Assembly: GCA_963771835.1 (NCBI GenBank)
Contig: CAVYVA010000001.1
Location: 1,013,347-1,077,346 of the forward strand
DNA length: 64,000 nucleotides
DNA from: an uncultured Actinomycetota bacterium
GTDB lineage: Bacteria > Actinomycetota > Actinomycetes > Prado026
Direction: 5' to 3'
Below, piece after piece: positions 10,602-20,945 of the stretch (its first letter is position 1; each line of letters opens with the position of its first letter). Position numbers and translations under genes: made by a program. Below the pieces are notes generated by a model. It was not told where the DNA came from and did not search any database. It was given only the letters and a program-made list of their open reading frames with translations.

Positions 10602-12053
10602 CTAGAGGTCGAGGCCGGTGAGGACGAGCACCCGGTCGTGGGTGAAGTCGGCCATCGCGTAGCGCAGGCCCTCGCGGCCGACGCCGGACTCCTTGACCCC
10701 GCCGTACGGCATCTGGTCGGCCCGGTAGCTGGGCACGTCCCCGACGACGACACCGCCCACCTCGAGCTCGCGGTGAGCCGCGAACGCGGTCTGGAGGTTG
10801 TGCGTGAACACCCCGGCCTGCAGTCCGAACCGGCTCTCGTTGACCAGCGCGAAGGCTTCGTCCACCCCGTCGAACGCCGCGACGGTGAGCACCGGGCCGA
10901 AGATCTCCTCGGTCGCGCAGCGCGAGCCAGGGGGCACCTCGGTGAGCACCGTCGGCGCGTAGGCGGCGCCGTCCCGGGTCCCGCCGACCAGCACCTTGGC
11001 ACCATCGGCCACCGCTTCGTCCACCCAGGCCTCGACCCGACGCGCGGCCGCCTCGTCGACCAGCGGGCCCACGTCGGTCGCCTCGTCGGCCGGGTCGCCG
11101 GTGACCTGCTCGCCGACCCTGGCGACGATGCGCTCGAGCAGGCGGTCGTGCACCGCGCGGTCCACCAGCACCCGCTGGACGGAGACGCAGGACTGGCCGC
11201 CCTGGTAGTTCGCGAACGTCGCGATCCGGCTCGCCGCCCAGTCCAGGTCCTCGTCCGAGCACCAGTCGGCGGCTACCACCACTGCGGCGTTGCCGCCGAG
11301 CTCGAGGGTCACGTGCTTGCGCGGCACCGAGTCCATGATCGAGAACCCGACCGGCCCCGAGCCGGTGAAGGAGACGACGGGCAGCCTGGCGTCCCGAACC
11401 AGGTCCGGCATCACGTCGTTGGCCACCGGGAGCACCGAGAACATCCCCGCGGGCAGGTCGGTCTCGGCAAGCAGCTCGCCGAGCAGCAGGGCGGACAGCG
11501 GCGTCGCCGGTGCGGGCTTGATGATCACCGGGGCGCCGACAGCGACCGCCGGAGCCACCTTGTGCGCGACCAGGTTCAGCGGGAAGTTGAACGGCGCGAT
11601 GGCCAGCACGGGTCCCTTGGGGAACCGGCGGACGATGGCAGCGCGGCCGGCCGCGGCCGGCTCGGTGTCCAGCCGCATCAGCTCGCCGCCCTCGCGGCGG
11701 ACCTCCTCGGCCGCCCAGCGGAACGTCGACGCCGCGCGAGCGGTCTCGGCCCGGGCCCAGCGGATCGGCTTGCCGTTCTCCGCCGTGATCAGGCGGGCGA
11801 TCTCCTCGGCCCGCTCGGCGATCCGGCGGGACACGTGGGCCAGGGCCTCCGCCCGTTGCGCGACGGTCAGCCGCGCCGCAGCCGGGGCGACCGCGTGGGC
11901 GGCGGCCACGGCCTGCTCGACCTGCTCCGCTGACGGCACCGAGACGGTGGCGACGAGCGAGCCGTCGTGCGGGTGGACGACCTCGAGGGTGGCTCCGCCG
12001 GCGGGAGCGACGGCCGGGCGGCCGGCGAGGAAGAACGGTCGGAGCTCGGTCAT
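10602..12053 (-). CDS. NAD(P)-dependent aldehyde dehydrogenase (possible succinate-semialdehyde dehydrogenase, from gabT/PucR context)
   Basis: 483 aa: [59 protein letters not shown]. Confidence 0.88.
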   Translation of the reverse strand: MTELRPFFLAGRPAVAPAGGATLEVVHPHDGSLVATVSVPSAEQVEQAVAAAHAVAPAAARLTVAQRAEALAHVSRRIAERAEEIARLITAENGKPIRWARAETARAASTFRWAAEEVRREGGELMRLDTEPAAAGRAAIVRRFPKGPVLAIAPFNFPLNLVAHKVAPAVAVGAPVIIKPAPATPLSALLLGELLAETDLPAGMFSVLPVANDVMPDLVRDARLPVVSFTGSGPVGFSIMDSVPRKHVTLELGGNAAVVVAADWCSDEDLDWAASRIATFANYQGGQSCVSVQRVLVDRAVHDRLLERIVARVGEQVTGDPADEATDVGPLVDEAAARRVEAWVDEAVADGAKVLVGGTRDGAAYAPTVLTEVPPGSRCATEEIFGPVLTVAAFDGVDEAFALVNESRFGLQAGVFTHNLQTAFAAHRELEVGGVVVGDVPSYRADQMPYGGVKESGVGREGLRYAMADFTHDRVLVLTGLDL

Positions 12054-12115
12054 GCTGTCGAGAGTAGGTCGGGGGCGGTAGCAGCCCGTTGTACGAAGTG
12101 GCCAGTACGGGCCGA

Positions 12116-13621
12116 TCAGTGCACCTCAGCGTCCTGCGCCCGGAACCGCAGCGCGAGCCAGAGCTCGGCCCGCAGGTCCGGGTCGTCCAGCGACCGCCCC
12201 AGCAGCTCCTCGACCCGACGCATCCGGTACCGCAGTGTGTGCCGGTGCACGCCCAGATCGGCCGCGGCGGTGTCCCACTGCCCGTGGCGGGCCAGCCATG
12301 CGGCCAGCGAGGCGACCAGGTCCCCCTTGCGTCCCTCGAGGGGTTCGAGCAGCGCCTGGGCCAGACCCCGGGCCACCTCCGGGTCGAGCGCCGCGAGCAT
12401 GCCCTCGGCCGCGAGCTGGCCGTACCAGGCCGGCCACGGGCCACGGGTGGCGGCCATCGCCTGGGCGGCCTCGCGCGCGGCCCGGGACAGGTCGGCCGGG
12501 CCGGCCGCCGTGCTCCCGCCCGAGGGCACGTCGGCCAACGCAGTCGAGGCCGCCGCGACCGAGCCGGCGTCGTCCGGGAGCAGGACGAGCAACCGGTCGC
12601 CGAGGTCTGCGACCGCGGGCTCGGCCCCGCCGGCGTCCAGCGAACGGGCGGCGGCCGCGCGCTGCACCGTCGACCCGGCGACCACGATCAGCCGCAGCGG
12701 TCCCTGCGTGAGCCACCCCCACCCCAGCTGCTCGAGCGGCAGGGTCGACGGCTCGGCCCCGGCCATCAGCAGCCGGACGGTCGCGGCCCGGACCTGGGCC
12801 CGCCCGGCGGCACCACTGGTCCCGTCCTGCTCGGCGGCGATGGACAGCAGCGAGACGGCGACCGCGACCACGGACTGGGCGGTCCGGTCGAGCGGGACCG
12901 GCGTGCCGACGGCGAGGAACCCGCGGACCCGGCCGCTGGCCCCCAGCGGGTGCACGCTGACCTGGCCGTCGGAGTCGCCGAGGGACGCCGACGCCAGCAG
13001 CCCGCGTCCGCGCAGCGCCGCCAGCTCCGTCGCCAGCGCGTCGGCGCGCTGGCGCGCCTTGTCCGAGTCCGGCGGGGCCGCGTGCAGGACCTGGCCCGCG
13101 GGGTCCAGTACCAGCACCCAGCCGCCGGTGTGCCGGGCCAGCCGCGCCGCGACCGCCGCACCGCCCCGGACACCGAGGGCAGCCCTGGTCAGGTCCCGCT
13201 GAGCTTCGAAGGCCCGGGTGATCGCGTCGTACTCCTCCACACCCAGGAGCGCGGAGACCGCCTTGCTGACCGCGATGAAGGCCGTGTCGGCGGCGACCTC
13301 CAGCAACGGCAGCCCGGCCCGCTCGGCCGCCGCGACGAGCGCGGGCGGAACCTCGTCGTGGGTGAGCCCGACGCCGAGCCCGAGCGCCGCCACGTCGGCG
13401 CCGACGAGCCGGTCGACGTAGGCCTCCAGCTGGTCGGCGTCGTCGGCCGGCAGCCGCATGCCGGTGGACAGCAGCAGCTCGCCGCCCTCGAGGAACGGCG
13501 TCGGGTCCTCGAGCTCGGAGACGGCCACCCAGCGCACCGGGCGGTCCCGGCCGTCGGGGCCGGCGAGCCGGCGCAGCCCGAGCCCGGGCAGGTCGGTCAC
13601 GGTCCGGACGCTGGGCGGCAC
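12116..13621 (-). CDS. PucR family transcriptional regulator
   Basis: 501 aa. N-terminal PucR domain ([26 protein letters not shown]) and a C-terminal HTH ([23 protein letters not shown]). Divergent from gabT. Confidence 0.85.
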   Translation of the reverse strand: MPPSVRTVTDLPGLGLRRLAGPDGRDRPVRWVAVSELEDPTPFLEGGELLLSTGMRLPADDADQLEAYVDRLVGADVAALGLGVGLTHDEVPPALVAAAERAGLPLLEVAADTAFIAVSKAVSALLGVEEYDAITRAFEAQRDLTRAALGVRGGAAVAARLARHTGGWVLVLDPAGQVLHAAPPDSDKARQRADALATELAALRGRGLLASASLGDSDGQVSVHPLGASGRVRGFLAVGTPVPLDRTAQSVVAVAVSLLSIAAEQDGTSGAAGRAQVRAATVRLLMAGAEPSTLPLEQLGWGWLTQGPLRLIVVAGSTVQRAAAARSLDAGGAEPAVADLGDRLLVLLPDDAGSVAAASTALADVPSGGSTAAGPADLSRAAREAAQAMAATRGPWPAWYGQLAAEGMLAALDPEVARGLAQALLEPLEGRKGDLVASLAAWLARHGQWDTAAADLGVHRHTLRYRMRRVEELLGRSLDDPDLRAELWLALRFRAQDAEVH

Positions 13622-13707
13622 CTGGGCTCCTCCCGTGCGGACCGGGCTCGAGGGCGGGACCGGGTCGGGACCGTGGCGGGACGGTTTGTACGTACGGGCC
13701 TACGCTA

Positions 13708-13722
13708 GCGATGCGGTTGTCC
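13708..13722. promoter_or_regulatory. candidate operator in the PucR/gabT divergent intergenic region (GCGATGCGGTTGTCC)
   Basis: It matches 13 of 15 positions, in the same orientation, to GCGATTCCGTTGTCC at 37136-37150 in the second PucR-associated divergent intergenic region. The statistical support is weak. Confidence 0.3.
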
Positions 13723-13816
13723 CTGGTGACAGGGGTCCCCGACCCCGGCCTTACGTACCCTGCGAAGACCGAAGCCCACGGCAGCGGCCCACCGGCCCGC
13801 AGGAAAGCAGGCAGCC

Positions 13817-15181
13817 ATGACGGACACCACCAGCCACGTCGGCGGCCCCTCGCTCCCGCAGGAGCGCCGCGTCGTCACCTCGATCCCGGGCCCGCGCTCG
13901 ACCGAGCTGTTCGCCCGCCGCAACGACGCCTGCGCCCGCGGCCTCAGCACCACCCTGCCGGTGTTCATCGAGAAGGCGGGCGGCGGCGTGCTGGTCGACG
14001 TCGACGGCAACTCCCTCATCGACCTGGGCGCAGGCATCGCCGTGGTCAACGTCGGCAACAGCGCCGACCAGGTCGTCGCCAACGTCCAGGCCCAGGTGGC
14101 CGCGTTCACGCACACCTGCTTCATGGTCACGCCGTACGCCGGCTACGTGGAGGTCTGCGAGGCGCTGAACCGGCTGACCCCCGGCGACTTCCCGAAGAAG
14201 AGCGTGCTGCTGAACTCCGGCGCGGAGGCGGTCGAGAACGCCGTCAAGATCGCGCGGTCGTACACCGGCCGAGACGCGGTGATCGTGTTCGAGCACGGCT
14301 ACCACGGCCGGACGAACCTGACGATGGCCATGACCGCGAAGAACATGCCGTACAAGCACGGGTTCGGCCCGTTCGCCGGCGAGGTCTACCGGATGCCGCT
14401 CGCCTACCCGTTCCGCTGGCCGACCGGTCCGGAGAACTGCGGGCCGGAGGCGCTGGCCGAGGTGATCTCCAAGATCGACAAGGAGGTCGGCGCCGGCAAC
14501 GTCGCCGCCATCGTCATCGAGCCGATCGCCGGCGAGGGCGGCTTCGTCGTGCCGGCCGAGGGCTTCCTGCCGGGGCTGGCGGCGTACGCGCGCGACAACG
14601 GCATCGTGTTCGTCGCGGACGAGATCCAGACCGGGTTCGCCCGGACCGGAGCGATGTTCGCGTGCGACCACGAGGGCGTCGTGCCGGACCTGATCACCAC
14701 CGCGAAGGGCATCGCCGGCGGGCTGCCGCTGGCCGCGGTCACCGGTCGCGCCGAGATCATGGACGCCCCGCACGTCGGCGGCCTCGGGGGCACCTACGGC
14801 GGCAACCCGGTCGCCTGCGCGGCGGCGCTCGGGGCGATCGCGACGATCGAGTCGCAGGACCTCGCCGCGAAGGCCCGCGCGATCGAGTCGGTGCTGCTGC
14901 CGGCGCTGCGCGACATGCAGGCCCGGCACCCGGTCATCGGCGACGTTCGCGGCCGCGGGGCGATGCTCGCCGTCGAGCTCGTCAAGCCGGGCACGCTCGA
15001 GCCCGACAGCGAGTCCACCGCCGCGGTGGCGAAGTACTGCCACGCCGAGGGTGTGCTCGTGCTCACCGCCGGCACCTACGGCAACGTGCTGCGCTTCCTG
15101 CCCCCGCTGGTCATGCCGCAGCACCTGCTCGAGGACGCGCTCACCGTCCTCGACAAGGCGTTCGCGTCGTTGTCCGCCTGA
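13817..15181 (+). CDS. gabT: 4-aminobutyrate--2-oxoglutarate transaminase
   Basis: 454 aa: IPGPRS..LFARR, DVDGNSLIDLGAGIAVVNVG, SGAEAVENAVKIAR, VADEIQTGFARTG, and the PLP-lysine motif TTAKGIAGGLPL. Confidence 0.92.
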   Translation: MTDTTSHVGGPSLPQERRVVTSIPGPRSTELFARRNDACARGLSTTLPVFIEKAGGGVLVDVDGNSLIDLGAGIAVVNVGNSADQVVANVQAQVAAFTHTCFMVTPYAGYVEVCEALNRLTPGDFPKKSVLLNSGAEAVENAVKIARSYTGRDAVIVFEHGYHGRTNLTMAMTAKNMPYKHGFGPFAGEVYRMPLAYPFRWPTGPENCGPEALAEVISKIDKEVGAGNVAAIVIEPIAGEGGFVVPAEGFLPGLAAYARDNGIVFVADEIQTGFARTGAMFACDHEGVVPDLITTAKGIAGGLPLAAVTGRAEIMDAPHVGGLGGTYGGNPVACAAALGAIATIESQDLAAKARAIESVLLPALRDMQARHPVIGDVRGRGAMLAVELVKPGTLEPDSESTAAVAKYCHAEGVLVLTAGTYGNVLRFLPPLVMPQHLLEDALTVLDKAFASLSA

Positions 15182-15203
15182 CGGGACGTCAGCTGCGGGA
15201 GCG

Positions 15204-16411
15204 TCAGCGCTCCTGGATGCCCCAGGGCGACCCGTACTCGACGAGCTTGTCCAGGAACGGCTTGGGCGCCAACGCCTCCGGGCCGAGCACGCCGGCGCCC
15301 GACCAGGTGCCCTCGGCGAGCAGCTCCAGCGCGACGACGGGGTTGATGGCGGTCTGCCAGACCACGGCCTGCGAGCCGTACTCGGCCATCGTCGTCGGCG
15401 TTGTCGACGACGTGGTACAGGTACACCTCGCGCGGGTTGCCGTCCTTGCCCTTGCCGGTCACCCAGGTGCCGGCACAGGTCTTGCCGTGCATGCGGTCAC
15501 CCAGCCCGGCCGGGTCCGGCAGGCACGCGGCGACGACGTCGCGCGGCGACACCTCGACGCCGCCGACGGACACCTTCTGCGTGCGGTCCAGCCCGACCTT
15601 GTGCAGCACCTCGAGCACGTTGATGAACTCGTCGCCGAGCCCGTACTTGAACGTCACCCGCCGGGCGTCGACCCAGCGGGGCATGAGCAGGACCTCTTCG
15701 TGCTCGACGTTGACGCACTCCACCGGGCCGATGCCCTCGGGGAACACGAACGTCTCCGGCTCGGAGAACGGCGCGGTGGTGAACCAGCCGCGACCCCGCT
15801 CGAACACCACCGGCGGGTTGAGGCACTCCTCGATCGTCGTCCAGATCGAGAACGACGGCGCGAACGTGTAGCCGTCCACCTCGAGGTTGGCCCCGTCGCG
15901 GACGCCGAGCTCGTCGATCTCGCTGAACAGCTCGTCGGCGGCGTACCGCGCGAAGACGTCCGACAGCCCGGGCTCGACGCCGATGCCGACGAGCGCGAGC
16001 CGGCCCAGCCGCTCCCACTCCGGCGCCGCGGCGAACTGCTCGTCCCCGAGCATGACCCCGACCTCGCCGTACGGGTTCGTCGGGTGCGGCGCGGACAGCG
16101 ACATCGCCATGTCCAGGTAGTCGGCCCCGGCTGCGAGCGCACCGTTGAACACCGGCATCACGAACCTGCGGGTCGACGGCGTTGAACACGTGCGTGGCCC
16201 GGTGCTCGCGGGCCAGGCGCGCCACGTCCTGGGCGTCGGATGCGTCGATCCGCGCGGCGACGAACCGGTCGTCGTCCAGCTCGGCCACCACCCGTGCCGC
16301 CCGCGCCTCGTCGTAGTCGGTCACGACGAAGGTCTCGAAGAACGCGCGGCGGGCGGCGATCTTCGCCGCGGCCGACCCGACCCCGCCGGCACCGACCATG
16401 AGGATCCGCAT
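15204..16411 (-). pseudogene. saccharopine dehydrogenase family protein, two frame disruptions as assembled
   Basis: MRILMVGAGGVGSAAAKIAARR (Rossmann) ...HVFNAVDP | RFVMPVFNGALAAGADYLDMAMS... | ...MAEYGSQAVVWQTAINPVVALELLAEGTW. The three pieces lie in three frames, with an extra a at ~16167 (ccgcAggttc) and an extra base at ~15390. Confidence 0.8.
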
Positions 16412-16508
16412 GACTGTCTCCAGCTGTTCGCCGGCCGTGCCCTTGCAACGGCCCGGGATGAGGGGAAAGGTATGGCATAAGCAGCTTATGTATCGGCGGA
16501 GGTCCCGG

Positions 16509-17418
16509 ATGGACGCCAGCAGCAGGGCGTGGGCGTGCCTGGGGGTGCCGATCGACTCGGTCGGGGCCCCTGCCGGGGGGCCGCCGTTCGGGACCGAACA
16601 GGCGCCGGCCGCGTTCCGGCGCCGCGGTCTGCCCGCACGGGTCGGGGCGTCCGACGGCGGCGACCTCGCGGTCCGGGTCACCGGCCCGGTCCGGGACCCG
16701 CGGACCGGCATCGTCGGCTACCCGTCGGTCCGGGAGATGGTCACGACGCTACGGCCGGCGGTGGCAGGGCTGGTCGCGGCCGGCCGGCGGCCGCTGCTGC
16801 TCGGCGGCTGCTGCGCGCTCGTGATGGGGGCGGTGGCCGGCGCCCGCGACGGCGCCGGCCGGGTCGGCGTCGTCAACGTCGACGGTCACATCGACGCGTA
16901 CGACGGCGTCAGCTCCCCGACGGGCGAGGCGGCCGACATCCCGGTCGGGGCGCTGCTCGGCCGGGCCGACGACGACCTGCTCGCGGCGATGGGCGGGGCG
17001 CCCGTGGTCGGGGCCGGCGACGCCGTCGTGCTCGGCTCGCGGGACGCGGAAGAAGCGGCCGACCTGGGCGACCTGCCGGACCGGCTGGGCATCGTCGTCC
17101 ACGACGCGGACGAGGTGGCCGCCGACCCGGCGGCGGCCGGACGGGCGGCGGTGCAGCACTTCGCCGCAGCCGGGATCGGCTACTGGGTGCACCTCGACGT
17201 GGACGTGCTCGGACGCGACGAGTTCCCGGCCACCGACTACCTGATGCCGGGCGGGCTGGACCTTCCGCAGCTGGCGGGCGCTGCTCGCACCGCTGGGTGC
17301 CGACCCGCACCTGATCGGCTTCTCCGTCGGCTGCTACAACCCGTCCAAGGACCCGGACGGGACGTACGGGGACCGGCTCGTGGACCTGCTGGTCGCCGCT
17401 CTCGCGCCGGTGCGATGA
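16509..17418 (+). pseudogene. arginase/agmatinase/formiminoglutamase-fold protein, one frame disruption as assembled
   Basis: ACLGVPIDS..., metal-site motifs VNVDGHIDAYD and WVHLDVDVLGRDEFPATDY. After ...GGLDLPQLA (~17278) the conserved tail LLAPLGADPHLIGFSVGCYNPSKDPDG...APVR continues in the +1 frame to TGA 17416-17418. Confidence 0.75.
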
Positions 17419-18098
17419 CCCCCGACGCGGCGGCGCGGGACCGCGACGGCGACCGGGCCTTCGCCGCGAACGTGCTCAGCACGCTGGCCCTGACGATCTC
17501 CGACCGGACCACCACCGGCACGGCGGGGGCAGCGCGGCGCGGCGGCCAGACCCCTTCGGCCCTGGTGACCCTGCTGTGGTACCCCGACCGGCCGATCACC
17601 TTCCTCGCGGCCCGGCTGCGCATCTCGCACCCGGGAGCGGTCCAGCTGTCCGAGCGGCTGGCCGCCGACGGGCTGGTCCGGCGCGTCCCCGGCGCCGACG
17701 GCCGGACCCGGCTGCTGGCCCTGACGGCGGCCGGCGAGCGGGCCGCCCGCTCGGTGCTGGCCGCCCGATCCGCCGTCGTCGGGCGTGCGGTCGCGGCCCT
17801 CGACGACGACCTGCTGACTGCGGTCACCGACGGGGTCTGCACCATGCTGGCGGCGCTCACCGACGACCTGCTCACGAGCGAGCACATGTGCCGGATGTGC
17901 GACGAGCACGCGTGCCCGGACGAGCGCTGCCCGGTCGAGCGGGCCGAGCCGGCCCCGGCGCACCGCCGCAGCACCGGCTACGGGATCCGTACGCGCAGGC
18001 CGGACGTTCCGACGAAGAGAGCCTCGCCGCAGCGCCCCGACGACGGATCGAGCGCGACCCGCGCAGAACCGCTGATCAAAATTCCAGGGCCTGGATAG
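17415..18098 (+). CDS. MarR family transcriptional regulator with a Cys-rich C-terminal tail
   Basis: Its ATG overlaps the preceding stop (ATGA at 17415-17418). Winged-HTH core: ITFLAARLRISHPGAVQLSERLAADGLVRRVPGADGRTRLLALTAAG. Tail: HMCRMCDEHACPDERCP (17883-17930). Confidence 0.75.
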   Translation: MTPDAAARDRDGDRAFAANVLSTLALTISDRTTTGTAGAARRGGQTPSALVTLLWYPDRPITFLAARLRISHPGAVQLSERLAADGLVRRVPGADGRTRLLALTAAGERAARSVLAARSAVVGRAVAALDDDLLTAVTDGVCTMLAALTDDLLTSEHMCRMCDEHACPDERCPVERAEPAPAHRRSTGYGIRTRRPDVPTKRASPQRPDDGSSATRAEPLIKIPGPG

Positions 18099-18149
18099 CG
18101 TGCCCGGGACGGGGCCGTACATCGACGCCCGAGCACGTGGAGGCTAGGC

Positions 18150-19800
18150 ATGACGATCGCCGCCGAACACCCCGCCACCTCCGAGGGACCAGCCGGCAAA
18201 GGCCTCAAGACCGGTGCCCTGGGGCTGTTGTCCAGCGTCGTGATCGGGGTCTCGTCCACGGCCCCGGCCTACTCGCTGGCCGCCACCATCGGTTCGGTCG
18301 TCGCTCTGGTCGTCTTCCAGACGCCGATCGTCATGGTGCTGGCGTTCGTCCCGATGCTTGTTCATCGCGTACGCGTACCGCGAGCTCAACCGGGTGGCGC
18401 CCGACTGCGGCACCACGTTCACCTGGGCGACCAAGGCGTTCGGCCCGATGACCGGCTGGATGGGCGGCTGGGGCATCGTCGCCGCTGACGTCATCGTGAT
18501 GGCCAGCCTGGCCCAGATCGCCGGGTCGTACTTCTTCCAGCTGATCGGCGCCCAAGGGCTCGCCGCGGAGAAGTGGCCGGTGTTCCTGGTCGGCGCACTG
18601 TGGATCGTCCTGCTGACGTACGTGTGCTACCGAGGCATCGAGGTGTCGGCGAGGTTCCAGTTCGTGATGCTGGCTATCGAGGTCGTGTTCCTGGTCATCT
18701 TCAGCGTCGTCGCCCTGACAAAGGTCTACACGGGGCACGCGGCCGCGACTGCCGTCAAGCCGAGCCTGTCATGGCTGAACCCGTTCAACATCACCAGCTG
18801 GAGTGCGTTCACTGCCGCGTTCCTGTACGCCATCTTCATCTACTGGGGCTGGGACAGCGCCGTCTCGGTCAACGAGGAGACGAAGGACCCGGAGAAGACC
18901 CCTGGCCGGGCCGCCGTCATCTCGACCGTGATCCTGCTCGGCACCTACGCGATCGTCTCGATCGCCACGCTGGCGTTCGCCGGGCCCAAGGTCCTGGCGG
19001 ACAACAGCGACGACGTGTTCGCCGCCATCGGCGGACAGGTCCTGGGAAGCGGCCTGGACAAGGTCCTGGTCATCGCGGTGCTCACCTCCGCGGCGGCATC
19101 GACCCAGACCACGATCCTGCCGACCGCACGGACGACGCTGTCGATGGCCGCCTACCAGGCCATCCCGGCGACCTTCGCCAAGATGCACCCCAAGTACCTG
19201 ACGCCGACCGTGTCAACGATCACGATGGGCGGGGTGTCGATCGTGTTCTACGGCGCGCTGGCTGCGGTCTCGGACAACATCCTGGCCGACTCGGCGCTCG
19301 CCGTCGGACTGCTCATCGCGTTCTACTACGGGCTCACCGGCTTCGCCTCCGCGTGGTACTTCCGCAACGATCGGGGCGAGGGCTTCCATGACCTGTGGGT
19401 GCGGATCATCGCGCCGCTGATCGGCGGTCTGATCCTGCTGCTCTGCTTCTACCAGACAGCCAAGACCTACGCAGACGCGAGCCAGAGCTACTTCACCGTG
19501 ACGCTGTTCGGCTGGGAGACCGGCGGGGTGTTCGTGCTCTCCGTCGGTTCGCTCCTGCTCGGCGTCATGCTGATGCTCATCACCAAGTGGCGCTCGCCAG
19601 CGTTCTTCAGCGGGTCGGTGCTGAACCGCGACACCCCGATCCGTGTGGTCGAGGGCGACACTCTGGAGGTCCTCGCGCCGACCCTGCCGGACGCTCCGTC
19701 CACGGAGCAGACGGTCATCCCGCCGATGTCGGTGGAGGAGCTGCGCGAGGCCGAGGCCAAGGCCCGCGAGGAGCGCCGCGAGGGCGGCGGCGAGGACTAG
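18150..19800 (+). pseudogene. APC-superfamily amino acid/polyamine permease, one frame disruption as assembled
   Basis: MTIAAEH...LGLLSSVVIGVSSTAPAYSLAATIG...AFVPML | FIAYAYRELNRVAPDCGTTFTWATKAFGP..., about 12 TM segments. There is an extra t at ~18358 (atgctTgttc). Confidence 0.85.
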
Positions 19801-20828
19801 CCGGGCTCGCCGGGGACCCGGTCGGCGAGCAGCGGCCGGGCCGGGTCCCAGGAAGTTCCGTCGCGGGCGTCCTGGCGACGCCTGGCGATCGCCGACAGCG
19901 CCTCGAGCACCACGCGGTTGCCGAGCGCGGCGGTGATGTCCGCGTGGTCGTACGGAGGGGACACCTCGACCACGTCCATCCCCACGACCGGCAGCTCGAG
20001 GGCGATCCGCCGCACGGCGTCGAGCAGCTGGCGCGCGGACAGGCCGCCGGGTTCCGGGGTCCCCGTCCCCGGCGCGTGCCCCGGGTCGCACACGTCGATG
20101 TCGACGGACAGGAAGACGCCGTCGCACTCGTCGGTGGCGATCGCGAACGCGTCGGTCAGGCACCGGTCCAGCCCGCGGGTCCCGATCTCGGTCATCTCGA
20201 AGGAACGCATCCCCTGCTCGGCCATCCAGTCGAGGACCTCCGGCGGCGGCCAGTAGCCGCGCAGGCCGACCTGCAGGAACCGGTCGCCGCGCACCGCCCC
20301 GGACTCGATGAGCAGCCGCATCGGCTGCCCGTGCCCGATGAGCGAGCCGAACTCGATCTTCCCCGTGTCGGCGTGGGCGTCGAAGTGGATCAGGCTGATC
20401 CGGCCCCAGCCGAGGGCCCGCGCGACGCCGGTGGCGTTCGGCCAGGTGACCGTGTGGTCGCCGCCCAGCACGACCGGGATGGCCCCCGCGCGGGCGACCT
20501 TCTCGACCTCGACCTCGAGCGCGGCGCACGCGGTGGCCGCGTCGCCGGAGAACATCTCGACGTCGCCTGCGTCGACCACCCGCAGGTCCTGCAGGCCGTC
20601 GGTGCGCAGGGCGAGGCTGGGACGCGACCCGTCGTGCGCGAGGTAGTCGGTCATCCGGATCGCCTGGGGTCCGAACCGGGCGCCGGAGCGGTACGACGTG
20701 CCGCCGTCGAACGGCGCGCCGATCACCACGACGTCGGCGCCGGCGAACGAGTCGGGTGCGTCGAGGTCGCACCGGTCGACGCCCAGGAAGGTGATGTCCG
20801 GGCCGTACTGGCCTCCGTAGCGAGCCAC
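19797..20828 (-). CDS. speB: agmatinase (ureohydrolase family)
   Basis: From GTG 20828: GAPFDGGTSYRSGARFGPQAIR, LGGDHTVTWP, IHFDAHADTG, SVDIDVCDPGHAPGTGTPEPGGL, MDVVEVSPPYD. Confidence 0.88.
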   Translation of the reverse strand: MARYGGQYGPDITFLGVDRCDLDAPDSFAGADVVVIGAPFDGGTSYRSGARFGPQAIRMTDYLAHDGSRPSLALRTDGLQDLRVVDAGDVEMFSGDAATACAALEVEVEKVARAGAIPVVLGGDHTVTWPNATGVARALGWGRISLIHFDAHADTGKIEFGSLIGHGQPMRLLIESGAVRGDRFLQVGLRGYWPPPEVLDWMAEQGMRSFEMTEIGTRGLDRCLTDAFAIATDECDGVFLSVDIDVCDPGHAPGTGTPEPGGLSARQLLDAVRRIALELPVVGMDVVEVSPPYDHADITAALGNRVVLEALSAIARRRQDARDGTSWDPARPLLADRVPGEPG

Positions 20829-20945
20829 GGCGGGCAGCCTAGTGCTCCCGGGCCGGCCGGCGGCTCCCCGCGCCGCGGACGGGCTCGGGCGGTCCCGGGC
20901 CGTAAGACCCTGTCGGCAGCCGGCGCAGGCGCGAAGAGTCGGCCC

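Noticed and set aside
10513-12444. Upstream 640 codons of the 1052-aa minus ORF 9286..12444 (an apparent giant Dxr)
   Set aside because: Dxr homology starts at GTG 10512. The upstream part is Arg/Gly-rich, runs out of frame through the aldehyde dehydrogenase and PucR genes, and has no homology.
19395-20945. N-terminal 517 codons of the 962-aa ORF 19395..22283 (an apparent extended maturase)
   Set aside because: This region is antisense to the permease 3' end and agmatinase. anSME homology, with its CxxxCxxC motif close to the N-terminus, begins at ATG 20946.
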